Below are positions 40,991 to 52,909 of a stretch of DNA of 64,000 nucleotides, one piece after another. The stretch is taken from assembly GCF_009914755.1 (NCBI RefSeq), contig NC_060925.1. One strand, written 5' to 3'. Numbering within the stretch: position 1 is the first letter of the stretch; the number at the start of each line of letters is the position of its first letter. This stretch comes from the human T2T-CHM13v2.0 reference genome, Homo sapiens. The notes beneath the pieces were generated by a model. The model did not search any database. It had not been told where the DNA came from and saw only the letters and a program-made list of their open reading frames with translations. Both the position numbers and the translations under genes were made by a program.

Positions 40991-43900
40991 GAGTACCTGC
41001 CTAGGGGCCCTGAGTATCTAGTTCAACTGCTGAACATAGGTTGTGCCATTTCAACCTAACATATTATAATCTAATACTATTGAACCCTAAAAGGGGCAAA
41101 ATTGGAGTTTCTTTTCTTTTTCTCAAATGACACATTGGTGTATGTGAAAATGTACTCTTCCCAAACAATGCTTGTGTTCCACATCTAAGGAGGGTAAAAA
41201 TAATGTGGTCAGTGGAAAGGAAACAAAAAGTGGCAAAAAAATTATTTCTAGCAGATGAGCTATCAGTCTCAAAATTGATTCATTATTTCACAACACCTGG
41301 AGTGACTGTCAAGTCTCCCTTAAGTGTTTTATGCTCTTTATGGGCTTAAGATTTTCTTTCTATGTCTAAAGTATGAGAAAAAGAGATACTTAAAGGATAT
41401 TTTAAAGGCGGAAAAGAAGCCGTAAGGATTTTCTTTCATAAAATCTGGAGAGGACTACTCTGTTTCTGAACTGTCAATCTAACATCTACTAAAACATTTT
41501 GGCATCCATTTCCCTCGGAGTTGTCAAATGTGTCATTGATGATAGTTTTGCATCATAGAAGGGAAAGGGGATATTAAGAGCTTAATTCTCAACATTTGTC
41601 AGTTAGTGGTGTCACCGATGGCTTAAGGAAGAGGAAGTCTAATTTCTGGGAACGTGTCACCTGAGGTCTTGCAGGGTGACGGAGTGTGTGAAGAGGGAAA
41701 GGGAATGGGTATTTATTGAAGGTTTATTATGCGTTTACTGCTTCCATATTTCAAATTCTCCCCAAGTCTATGATAACAAACTTGTCTTCCAGTTTCACAA
41801 GAGAGAACTGTCGCCCAAAACGGTCAAGTAAATTTCCAGAGGTCCCATACCCCTTAGAGTACCCTGGGATGGGGGTTCAGGATGAGCTAACTCTAGAGGC
41901 TATGCTCTCCTCACTGAATCATATTACTTAGTACATGTGTGGAGACATGTGTATAATGAGAGGACATGAATATGCTATTTCTCTTCATAAAGCCATAGGT
42001 AAATAACAAGCATGGTAATCAAGATTATAAGAAAATGAATAGGTGGCCCAAATCCCTAAATGAAGATATTATGTGTTATAAAATATTAAATATTATAATA
42101 GTTTAAGCTATTATGAGGAGTACTGCTGCTGCCAGCAAGACTATCATTTTATCCCCAACAGGAAATTATTTTTAAAAATGTGATGTGTTTATTTTAAAGC
42201 CCCTGGGCATATGTACAAGAACACAAACAACATTTACATATCTATTATCTATAAACTGACACTGCATTTGCCAGGCATTTGACACAATTAAGCAAATGCT
42301 TGACTGAACAGATGGGTCTTATAAGGATCCCTAAGGGCATGTCTACATTAACTATGCCAAGGGGGGCTAATGCACCCATTTGGCATCTGCATGCATTTTC
42401 CCATCAGCAAATACACTACTGCTTTGCATGGTTGCAAATGGGTCCATTTTTGTCCCAGAGGACAAAACATAAATGGATTGAGCTATTTCTGGTTTGTTCT
42501 ACCTTTGTCTTTTTTTCTTTTGAAATGTATTCCTAACAATAGATTACATCCTGTAATTGTTTCTTGTTTTCATTTTCTTCAAAATGGCCCATGCCTTTAT
42601 TTGTTTTACTAGTGGCATTAGGGAAATAGAACACTTTTCTTAGGCAAGACACACAGCGTTTGGATTTTATGTCTTAGTTTGTATAGCTTCTAATGGCAGG
42701 TTATAATAGCTAGAAGAGGGGAAAAGAAAACCAACTTATCTCTTAATAGTGTTAAAAAAGAATTTAACATTATAATACCTGACAAGAAAACTATGTGTCT
42801 TTCATCGACTATTTTATAGTGTCTGAAATGAAGAGACAGTTCCTTCATGTGATATCCTATATACTTGTCAGTATTATAGACTCTGTTTACTCTCTGTTGG
42901 CTATACATACAAGTCTCTTGGAAATGACCATTTAACATGTCAATTAAACTTTTCTTGCCTCGACCGAGTCTTCAGGACTTCCTTCAAAATTTCTCCTAAA
43001 AGGAGTATAGTTCAGGAATTGGTCTGGGGATAACCGATGCTTTAGCAGTCTGTCCATCACAGAGAAAGAGCTGCAATGGGAAACAAAATGTGGGTGGTGT
43101 TAAGTGTAAGAGTTAATAATATGCAACACAGCAATGACTGTATTCTTTGAATTTTGCATTGGTCTATAGCTATGTCAACAATGCTTGGCAAAATGGGTTC
43201 TGTGCCATCCTTTATAGCTAATGGAGATTAGCACTAAAAGGAAAGCAACCATGAAAGTACATTGCATGATGCAGGTCATTATGTAGGCGTATAAAATTTT
43301 AACAAAATGAATAGCTCAACATCATTTCAGCTTTGTAAGGCAGCAAATATATCCAATGAATGAAATTATTTAATAGTCTTGTTAAATCAGGCATTAGGAA
43401 TGGAAATTAATTTACTTCTATTCTCTCTTCAAAAAAGACTCTTTTAGCAGTGTTTCGTCAAAATACATATTTGATTTGTTGAGTGGGAGATAATCATATA
43501 CTAGGCAAATCCCCTCTTATAACTTTTCTTTCCAAAGCCCATGCTTTTGTTTCTTCTGGTTACTAGAAAGAAAAAAAGAAAGAAGAAAAAGAAAGATTAA
43601 ATCCTTTGAGGGTACTAATGTGTAAATATGAACCTGAGGATTTTAGGTTGATATTTGACTTCACTGACTGCACTGCCTACATTCTTAGTTGTCAGTACAG
43701 TGAAAAAAATGTATTTCATGGGCACATTTTAAATTTTTGTTAGTGTGTTACCATGTGAAAGAGGGGCAAGATTAATCCAGAATTATTTCATTATTTCTAC
43801 TTATTGTCCACATTATATTTCCTATTTTGTGAAGATTTTAGGTTAAGGACTTGGCATTGCTGATTCTAGAGTAAAAAGAGATCTTCAAGTTTTCCTACTA

Positions 43901-44289
43901 CAGCACAACAGTTTGAGAAGTCAGAGGCTTCTACAGTTTGTAACTCAGTCAGTTAAATTGCTAGATATTTGTAGTCCTCAATTTAAAACTGACTGTATTA
44001 AAACATAGTATGTTTTTCTTTGCCTAGTATAATGCCACTCTGAGTCCCAGATGAACTTGGATTTTAAATATTTTTTAAATTAGTTAATACATAAAACATA
44101 ATATATTTAATAAAATACGTATCATATACTCACATAAACATCCAATTTGACAACTAGAACTTGAGCAGTACAGTTAAATATTATACACCTCCCCATACAT
44201 TAATTAAAATATTGTATGAATTAAAGCATGTATCATCTCTCTAGAAGTTGTTACCAATTTCATGTCTATTCTTCCAGGCTCCCCCCATC

Positions 44290-44335
44290 TGTGTGTGTGT
44301 GTGTGTGTGTGTCTGTGTGTCTGTGTGTATGTGTC
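44290..44335. repeat. (TG)n microsatellite, imperfect
   Basis: Direct reading. Confidence 0.9.
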
Positions 44336-45695
44336 CTTGATATTTCACATATAGTGTCATACAGTAAAGGGCATTTTGATTTTTTCTTAACCATATGTCA
44401 CAGATATAATATCCTCTGTCTCTCTCTGTCTCTCTCTCTCTCACACACACACAGACACATATATACACATACTTATATTTATTTATTTTGAAATAAATGT
44501 TGTACTGCTCATTCTTGTCTATATTTCTTTGTCCATGTGTGCCAACTATTTTTATAAGATATATTTGTAGAAAGGATGTAAGGCTGGCACTACATTAGGT
44601 TGCATCACTTTCAAGTTATTTGGCCTGGAGCAGGCCTATATGAACTATTCTTGAAGACTAAATGAAATTCATATTCTCTTGGTTTATCCTGACACAGGTA
44701 GTAAAAAATGATTATTGTTCTGCTAAGTTCAGTGTAGTTTATTAAAATTTGAAGTCTATTCACAAAATAATGAAAATCAAGCTAACATCTCTTTTTAAAA
44801 AATCTCACTTGATTGCTGTAGGCTGATTCTGGAACTCCATGAAAATTAATCCATGGAGTTTCAGTAGCTAGTCCAGGCAGAGCTGTCAATGCAAATGTCC
44901 AGAACAAGCCGGCAACCGTGGCCCTAAAGACTACCCAGAGACACAGCCTTTCTGTTATCTGACCTTCCTTCTGCCCTGAAAATACATCAGTGTCAGTCAT
45001 GGCCCTGGAGGTAAAGACAGAGCATCCTTGAACTTAATCTAGCAAATCACATCCAACAGAATGTCGACTTGCCTTGCAGGGATCATATTGACTGAAAATT
45101 TGCATTTGCTGTCTTCTGATGTTTCTCCTTTTCCATGTCTTCTAATTTATACAATTCTGTATTTCATGTTTAATGAGCTCTTGGCAGAGGTGCTATAATA
45201 CGAAGTCACAAACATCAATTTCTCTCAGTGGTTATATTATTATAAATTAGTAATATGACACTGTACCTGAACTAGATTTATTTTTATTGACTTGTTTTCT
45301 TGTTCCGTGGGTAACATGGACAAATATATGATGCAAAGCACCAAATTGGCTGCAGCACATTCTCTCCTGTTATCTGTTTTACCAGACAGGCTCAACCACA
45401 GTTTATACCACCTATTGGAATTATCACAAAAAAAAACTAAGCAGTTTATTTTTCTTAAGGCAAAGTGTTGATTATGAGAATCATCAGCATATACAGCCTA
45501 GTAAGGAGTACCCATCATTGTTCGTCATGGATGGACAGACTGCAGTTGGTCATATATAAATCTTAGAAGTGGGTTTGGCAAGTTTAGATCAGTGTCTCAA
45601 AGAAATCCAGACCTGGCCCTGTAAAATTAAACTATGAGCAGAGTTTCTCTGGCAGTCAGCCACAGGACTGCTTTTTTAAAAATTTTTTATCTTCT

Positions 45696-45713
45696 ACACA
45701 CACATGCACACAT

Positions 45714-45752
<39 letters not shown>
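45696..45752. repeat. Compound (CA)n/(GA)n microsatellite
   Basis: Direct reading. Confidence 0.9.
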
Positions 45753-45757
<5 letters not shown>

Positions 45758-46649
45758 TGCATTTTACTTAAGGATTCATGAAAATATTCTTGATTGATCT
45801 TTAGGATAGTTGTACTCTGAATCTGGCCTTAAAAATAGTTCCTACATCTACTTTAATTCTGATAAAACTTTTACTTTTCCCAAGGCTAGTTTTAGGGGAA
45901 AATCACTATGTTGTGGAAACTGCAAAAATTGCTTCTTTTAATGCCCAAGTTCGTGATAAAAATAAATGTCCTCTTGAATGGAGTCTGCAGCTTTATTTGC
46001 AGGTTATATTTTGGAGACATTTTATGCTTCTGTACTGGTTAAGTTCTATAGAACCAGAGGAGTTGTATAGAGTGAAGATGCTTAGATTTCTCTCTCTTAA
46101 GAATTTGGAAGCCGCTGACAGAAGGCAAGAATTTTGTCTTATGTAGCTGTCTGCATCTCGATGAAAGATACATCTTACCTTCTTTCACAAAGTGAGAAAT
46201 TGTAGATTTTTCAAGAGAATGGCATAAAAACTACCATAGCTATCTAATTTTAAAATTGTCAATTTAGTCCTGTTTTCATAAATCACAATTTGACCTTTTT
46301 AGTTTATAAACACATAGCAAATTACATGAAATAAGAAAATAAAATTGTTTCATTTGTTATCTAACTTTTCTTAGATTAGGAGGAAGAAACAGGATTATGG
46401 AGACCTGAATAAAGTCTACTTATTCTTAGATTAAATCTTAATTTTCTGTGTGAATCTGGGCAGTCACAGATTCTCTCTATAGACATTCTTTCTCCCTCCT
46501 TGAAAGTTTAAGCCAAATACTCAGTAAGAAATTTCATTCAAATAAAGCAGCAGGTGGAAGATTTGGAGCATAGTTAAAAGTAGTATAAGGAGATATAATT
46601 TATTATATTTTCAAAATGATAGTTTCTAATCTGCAATTCATTTCTAGTC

Positions 46650-46680
<31 letters not shown>

Positions 46681-46977
46681 TTGTCTATACTTGAGCCTTT
46701 TGGAAAACTGATCTATATCCTTTTAAAGGGTTGATGATTTCTACCTGAATATGTGATATTTGAAAGACCACTAAATTTAATGTGTTTTAACATCACCTTC
46801 CAAAAACAGTTACGTTACTTTGTCCTGTTAAGTTTTTAATGTCTATATTTAATAATAATATCCCGAATGTCAACATGAGGTTTCTAGAGCAGAGCAAGTT
46901 ACTATTTACTTAGAGCACATTATAACTGCACCAACTTACTCCCCTTTACCCAAATTCTTATTCTGGAGTGGTGATAC

Positions 46978-47466
46978 TGACATAGGAGGAGGGACTCGAC
47001 TCTGGAGGTGGGGCTCAGACACTGAAACAAATTGAGGACTAACTAAAACAGGGTGAGGGCAGAAGCAACTTTCTATAAGAAATACCCTCCAGTGTGCCAC
47101 AACAGCTTACCATTGCCACGGCAACACCCAGGAGTTATGACCCCTTTTCATGACAATCACCTGACAACACAAAAGTTACTACCCCTTCCCTAGAAATTTC
47201 TGCATAAACCACCCATTAATCTGCATGTAATTAAAAGCAGGTATAAATATGACTGCAAAACTGCCCTGAGCTGAAACTCTCTGCCTATGGGGTAGCCCTG
47301 CTCTGCTGGAGCAGTCACAGAGCTGTAACCCTGCCAGAGCTGTAACACTGTCTCTTCAACAAAGCTGTTTTCTTCTACTTCCAGCTTGCCCTTGAATTCT
47401 TTCCTGGGTAAAGCCAGGAACCCTTATGGGCTAAGCCCCACTTTGGAGCTTGCCTGCCCTACATTA
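46978..47466 (+). mobile_element. ERV1 solo LTR (MER41-related group; exact family not assigned)
   Basis: TGACATAGGAGGAGGGACTCGACTC start, TTGCCACGGCAAC X-box, GTATAAATA TATA, CTGCCTATGGGGTAGCCCTG, GAATTCTTTCCTGGG...GGGCTAAGCCCC. Confidence 0.85.
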
Positions 47467-48089
47467 GTATGTTGAGAACCAGATGTGATCCCCGACACAG
47501 TGGGGTCTGTTCAAGGTGAGGAGCCAACAGAATAAAAGTGGGCAGAAATGAGAGGCAGCTGTGCCTCCTTCTCACCCATATTTTTTCTGAGAGAGAGATA
47601 CATGGAGACATAATGAGAAGGATTTTGGTTCTTCACTCAGAAAAGTGAATAAACTTCTTCAGTAGGAGAAAATGACTAGTGTCTTTAGCTTTACAGTCCA
47701 ACAATTGTCTTCACGGTCCCAGGACTTATCTTCCTTGAAATGTAAACATAGTCCCCCAGGGGGTAAATCTCTCTGTAGTGCTCACTATCCAGTCATAAGT
47801 TCCAGGCTTATGTTTTTTTTTTTTTTTGGCACAGGTCCCAAGTTTCAGTAAAACTTCCTTAGAAATCTCTAACAATTCAGAAACATAAAAAATAGTTTTC
47901 TCTACAGCATTGCATCTTCTAGGTGTTCATTTTTTGTATCTGTTTGTCTAGCATATTTTGGAAGAGTTTTTAAAGCTCTTTTCACTCATATAGCAGTATG
48001 ACAGATCAGACATCATAGTGGACATGGCTATCAAATGTGTTGAATAATTGCATAATTAGCTAAAATCAAGGGGTTGAACAATAATGCTC

Positions 48090-48300
48090 ATAGGGTATTG
48101 GTTGATGGCAAGAGACCATCAAGTGTCAGCACTTGGTCCTAGCTACTTCAGCATTTTCATCACTGAATTAAGCAAACGGTTTTTGTCTGCATAATCATCT
48201 TGAGAGTGACTGGTTTGAAAAGTGGCAGAAGAAGAACGGCCTGAGCTATCATTTCAGACCACAGTCCCAGCCTGAGAGATCATTTTGAATAATAGTGTGG
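48090..48300 (+). mobile_element. L3/CR1 LINE RT fragment
   Basis: CTTGGTCCTAGCTACTTCAGCATTTTCATCACTGAATTA translates LGPSYFSIFITEL, close to the CR1 motif LGPVLFNIFINDL. Confidence 0.55.
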
Positions 48301-48424
48301 ACATTTACTTTTAAGAACTATCTACTATCATCACATATCATGGGTAAGAAAAGGAGACAAATTAAATGCTGTGAGAAATTAACATTTGTTCTATTGGCAT
48401 GTTTTCCACAGTGAGGCCAATGAC

Positions 48425-48558
48425 TGACCAGAATGTAAGTTCCGTAAGGATGGAACTATTCCCTTTTAAATGATTTATTCTCATTGCCCACCAAGAATAC
48501 TTTGTGCGTAGTAGGCTACTAATAAATATATATTACATGAACGAGTAAATAAATAAAC
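48425..48558 (+). mobile_element. L2 3' end
   Basis: AGAATGTAAGTTCC...GTAGTAGGCTACTAATAAATAT...ATGAACGAGTAAATAAATAAA. Confidence 0.65.
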
Positions 48559-48796
48559 AGTAAAAGAAGAAACTCAGGCAAAGTGACAAAGACTCTAGTA
48601 TTGTTTGAAGGATGCTGGTGCTTTGACATTACTATTTTTATTATTGTTTGTATTTAACAGTTTTGACTTTTCTTATTACAATTGTTTCCTTCTTTTTTTA
48701 TATATATATATTCTCAATATCCTTTTAATCTCTATATTGCTCCTCCTCTTACTTTAATGAATTACAATTACTGAACTCAATTCTTAAAATATGATG

Positions 48797-49475
48797 TACC
48801 CAGTAATGAGATTGCTGGGTCAAATGGTATTTCTGGTTCTAGTTCCTTGAGGAATCACCATACTGTCTTCCACAATGGCTGAACTAATTTGCACTCCCAC
48901 TAACAGTGTAAAAGTGTTCCTATTTCTCCACATCCCCTCTAGCTTACCCAAAAGAATATAAATCATTCTACTATAAAGACACATGGACACGTATGTTTAT
49001 TGCAGCACTGTTCACAATAGCAAAGATTTTGGAGCCAACCCAAATGCCCATCAATGATAGACTGGATGAAGAAAATGTGGCACATATACACCATGCAATA
49101 CTATGCAGTCTTAAAAAGGATGAGTTCATGTCCTTTGCAGGGGCATGGATGAAGCTGGAAACCATCATTCTCAGCAAACTAACACAGGAACAGAAAACCA
49201 AACATCACATGTTCTCAGTCATAAGTGGGAGTTGAAGAAGAAGAGCACACAGACACCGGGAGGGGAATATCACACACCAGGGCCTGTCGAGGGGTGGGGG
49301 GGCTAGGGGAGGGTTAGAATTAGGAGAAATACCTAATGTAGATGAAGGGTTGATGGGTGCAGCAAACCACCATGGCATGTGTATACCTATGTAACAAACC
49401 TGCATGTTCTGCACATGTATCCCAGAACTTAATGTATATATATCAGGCTAATTGTAACTACAAAAAAAAAAAAAA
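48797..49475 (+). mobile_element. L1PA7/8-like insertion, 5'-truncated with 5' inversion (48797-48943 inverted, 48945 onward forward)
   Basis: Antisense L1 segment joined to the sense 3' end; TSD AAAA(T/A)ATGATGTA at 48786-48798 and ending 49482; TT/AAAA endonuclease site. Confidence 0.93.
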
Positions 49476-49555
49476 TGATGTAGCCAAAGGCTTGGTTTTT
49501 GGCACTCTTCTCTCTCTTTACCTTTTCCCTGTATTATGTCATCCTAATCCCTGGG

Positions 49556-49695
49556 TTTATTTGTTTATTTTTTTTGTAAAATATTTTATTTTATTATTTA
49601 TATTCTAATATTTTTACTTATATACATTTATTGGGTACATGTGTCTTTTTGTTACATGCATAGAAGGCAGAATGGTGAAGTCTGGCTTTACCCAC
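49556..49695 (-). mobile_element. Very short L1PB/L1MA 3' end
   Basis: T-rich tail then GGGTACATGTG...TTGTTACATGCATAG...TGGTGAAGTC. Confidence 0.6.
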
Positions 49696-50229
49696 CCACA
49701 TATTTTAAAAACTGTATCCACATACTTTAAAAACTCTAGCCTTAGCATTGACATTCTTGCAAGTTGGTCCTTAGTCCTTTGTACTCAGACTGTGAAATGC
49801 TGAATTTACCATCTTTCTTGCCCAGTATACTCCTTGTCTTATATTTCTTCTTTTGTGACTGTAACCAATCTCTACCTCACCGCACAGGCCCAAAACAATT
49901 TCACTTCCATATTCTTCTTTCTCTTAGAGTCTATTTTTCAAAATCACTCATCCCCTACTTTCCATTGCCCCAGCACTTTTTTATTTCAGATCCATATAAT
50001 TGAACTATTTTGTCTAGTTTTTCCTACCTTTCTTCTCCACACTTCTGCTAAAGGGATCCTTCTAAAACCCAAGTATAATGACACATATCTAATTAAAGTT
50101 TGAATTATTAAATTTAATTAATAAACTTAGCTTTCAAGATATTACTCAGATCTTCATACTCTGAACTACATCTTCTTTGAAGTCCTCAGATGTTACTCTC
50201 CTTACACATTCTTTGTGTCTGTCAGTAAT

Positions 50230-50965
50230 TCATGTATTCAATTATTAGGTAATCAAACATTCTTTTTTCTCATTAAGCAACATTTAAATGAGAACCTAGT
50301 ATGATCCAGTGAATTTAGCCGGGAGATGGGGTTACAGCATGGAACAAAACAATCAGTCTGTTTCTTCAAGGAGTTTGCAATTTATTGAGGAAGATTATAG
50401 ATAAATAAGACAAATAATTAGAAATGTAATAAGGGACATAAAGAAGAATTATAGAGTACCTATAATAGGAGTCCTTGATAAAGTCTATGAAGTAAGGCAT
50501 ACTTTCCCTGTAGAAATAAAGTGTATTCTAAGCCATTAGTAACTAGGAAAAGTGAACTAGGTATGGAGAGGAAACATCATTCTAAGATCTCTCTCACATC
50601 TAAGAGATGGTGAGAAGAGTGTGAGGCAGGAAGAAATTATGGTGCTTCCACAGAGGGGAGAAAAGGGAAAAGTGGCAACTGGCCATCCATGTCATACTCT
50701 ACTGTATCTCCCTTTCCTCATTTTTTTGTGTGTACTTCATCTTTCGATACTTATTCAAAATGCCACCACCTCCTCTACAGCCACTGACTTTGATTTTTAC
50801 CTCCTTCGTTTGTGCTCTTAAATCACCTGTTAAGACTTCTCATAAAATGTATCTTGCATTTGCTGGAATGAACTACCTGTGTTCTTGAGTTTCAGCACAG
50901 AGCTTGGCACATCACATAGTGGAAGTTAACAAATCTTTGTTGGGTGAAAGAATGAGTGAATGAAA
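50230..50965. mobile_element. L2 fragments in both orientations
   Basis: AGCAACATTTAAATGAGAACCTA...TTCAAGGAGTTTGCA (minus); CAGCACAGAGCTTGGCACAT...TTGTTGGGTGAAAGAATGAGTGAATGAA (plus). Confidence 0.6.
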
Positions 50966-51421
50966 ACTGAGTAGAAGATTAAGATGTAGTAAATGTGGGC
51001 ACTGTGGACAATTACATACAGTTCTGTGATTATAAAAATGTGTCTGTTTTTCATACATTTTGAAGTGAGTGACAAAATATGGTACAAAAATTAATTGATA
51101 TTAGAATTGGACCTGCCTATATTTTAAACAGTGTATCTGTCTCTCAGTCTCCCTGTCAGGTTGATAAAGATTTAAGTTTCCTAAATGCGCAGAATCCCTC
51201 TGAGAATTGAATGGAACAGAAGCGTGATTATCATTCCTTCACGGAACTCTACAGAAACCAAAGAAAGTCTTATACAGATCTGTAGGGATTATATTATTTC
51301 AAATATAGTTTTGTTCAGCACCTTAGAGACCAACTGCTGAGAAAGAAAGTGCTCAGTAAGAAGAAATCTGTCTCCTAATCAAATTGCTCTAGCCACCATT
51401 GTCAACTTTAAAGGGTAGAGT

Positions 51422-51449
51422 ACACACACACACATACACACACACACAC
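51422..51449. repeat. (CA)n microsatellite, one interruption
   Basis: Direct reading. Confidence 0.9.
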
Positions 51450-52399
51450 GTTCTTTATCTCTCACTGACTTGCCCTACATTTTGAACTCTTTAACTTTGG
51501 AATTTCCTTAGTATCTATAGTGGCTTATTTCACATATATTAATAAATCCTATTGGTAGTCTGCATGCATCCTTTACATGAATTTCTTATGCATAAATGGT
51601 GCTTCGATTTATATTTAAGACTCACTGACCATGTGGTCTATTTAAGCAGGGTTACGTGTTGTAATCAGTCATGGACCACTCTAAAAACATTTTATAAAAG
51701 CACTGCAAGGTCCCAGCATAGCAGAAACCAAGGAAAAAATGCCATCTCACTGTACAGTTTCAATTTGTACTTTCTAGGCTTTACAAATGAAAGTTTAAAA
51801 GTGTTATTTAAAGATGTATATTTCAACTTGTAAGTGCATTTATCTCCTTTATGCTATGTATGTGGGGTTGCAGTGTAAACAATCACACATGACAGAATTC
51901 TTTTAGACTTTAGAGTTTTATTGAATAGTTTGCATCTCTAAAGGCAACACCAGCCATTGATGAGGTCTGCACAGCTGCAGCCTATTCATACTACAAATAA
52001 AAGTTTTATTGGTACAACTTTGGATTATCTATTTAAATACGATGCAGATGACTATTGGTATCGTAATACTGCTATTCTACTATATCACTATTTCCCTGTT
52101 CCACTATACCACTAATAGTGGTCTCAAACCACTCAACTGGGAAGAGGGGTATTAAAAACTCATTGTTGGGGCAGTGAATTGGCATCACATGTACTGGGTT
52201 CAATTCAGTTAAAGGTAATTTGATTTTTAAAAAACTTAAATTTCTTATTGTTCTGTATACATATATGTGTGCAATATGCACAGATATATAGAAATGTATC
52301 TTTCAAGATTAATTAAAATGAGTCATTCTACTAGACTAGAGGAATGCTCACAGATATATCTTTATAGAAGTCCTAATTTTACTTCTACTTTTCCTGTCA

Positions 52400-52885
52400 T
52401 TAATGGTAGATAGCATTTATTGAGCACCTGCTCTGCTCAATTACACTTTATACTTATTATTAAAGTTAATTCTCACAATAATTCCACAAGATGGATCATT
52501 CTGTGCTCCTTTATAAATACATATTAGGATGTGGGAACATTTTGGCAAATTGCCAAGTTACATATTTATGCAGTAAAAGATGAGCCTAGGTTTTGAACTC
52601 AGTTTTTCACATATCACAAAACCAGAAATCTTGTTACTATGTACAATATGGTCTAATAGTACTTAAATGTTAGTATAAAAGTTATTTTCTTTCTGGCAGG
52701 CACCATTTTATATGCCATCTTATCATTATAATTACTACTTAGGATGAGTATTGATATTCCTTTTCTTTTTATAGATGAGAAAACTGAAGTTACATCAAGT
52801 CAAGTAAATTATTCACATAGATTGTTAAGTGGCATAGTTGGGATTCAAACCAGATCTATCCAATTCTAAACACTGGGCTCTTCCA
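52400..52885 (-). mobile_element. Two adjacent MIR fragments
   Basis: AGCATTTATTGAGCACCT; TTTATAGATGAGAAAACTGAAG...TGGGATTCAAACCAG. Confidence 0.7.
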
Positions 52886-52909
52886 GATACATTACACATT
52901 GGATGATTT

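Noticed and set aside
46649-46676. 28-nt poly-T as the tail of a processed pseudogene
   Set aside because: No TSD, poly(A) signal or recognisable mRNA body next to it
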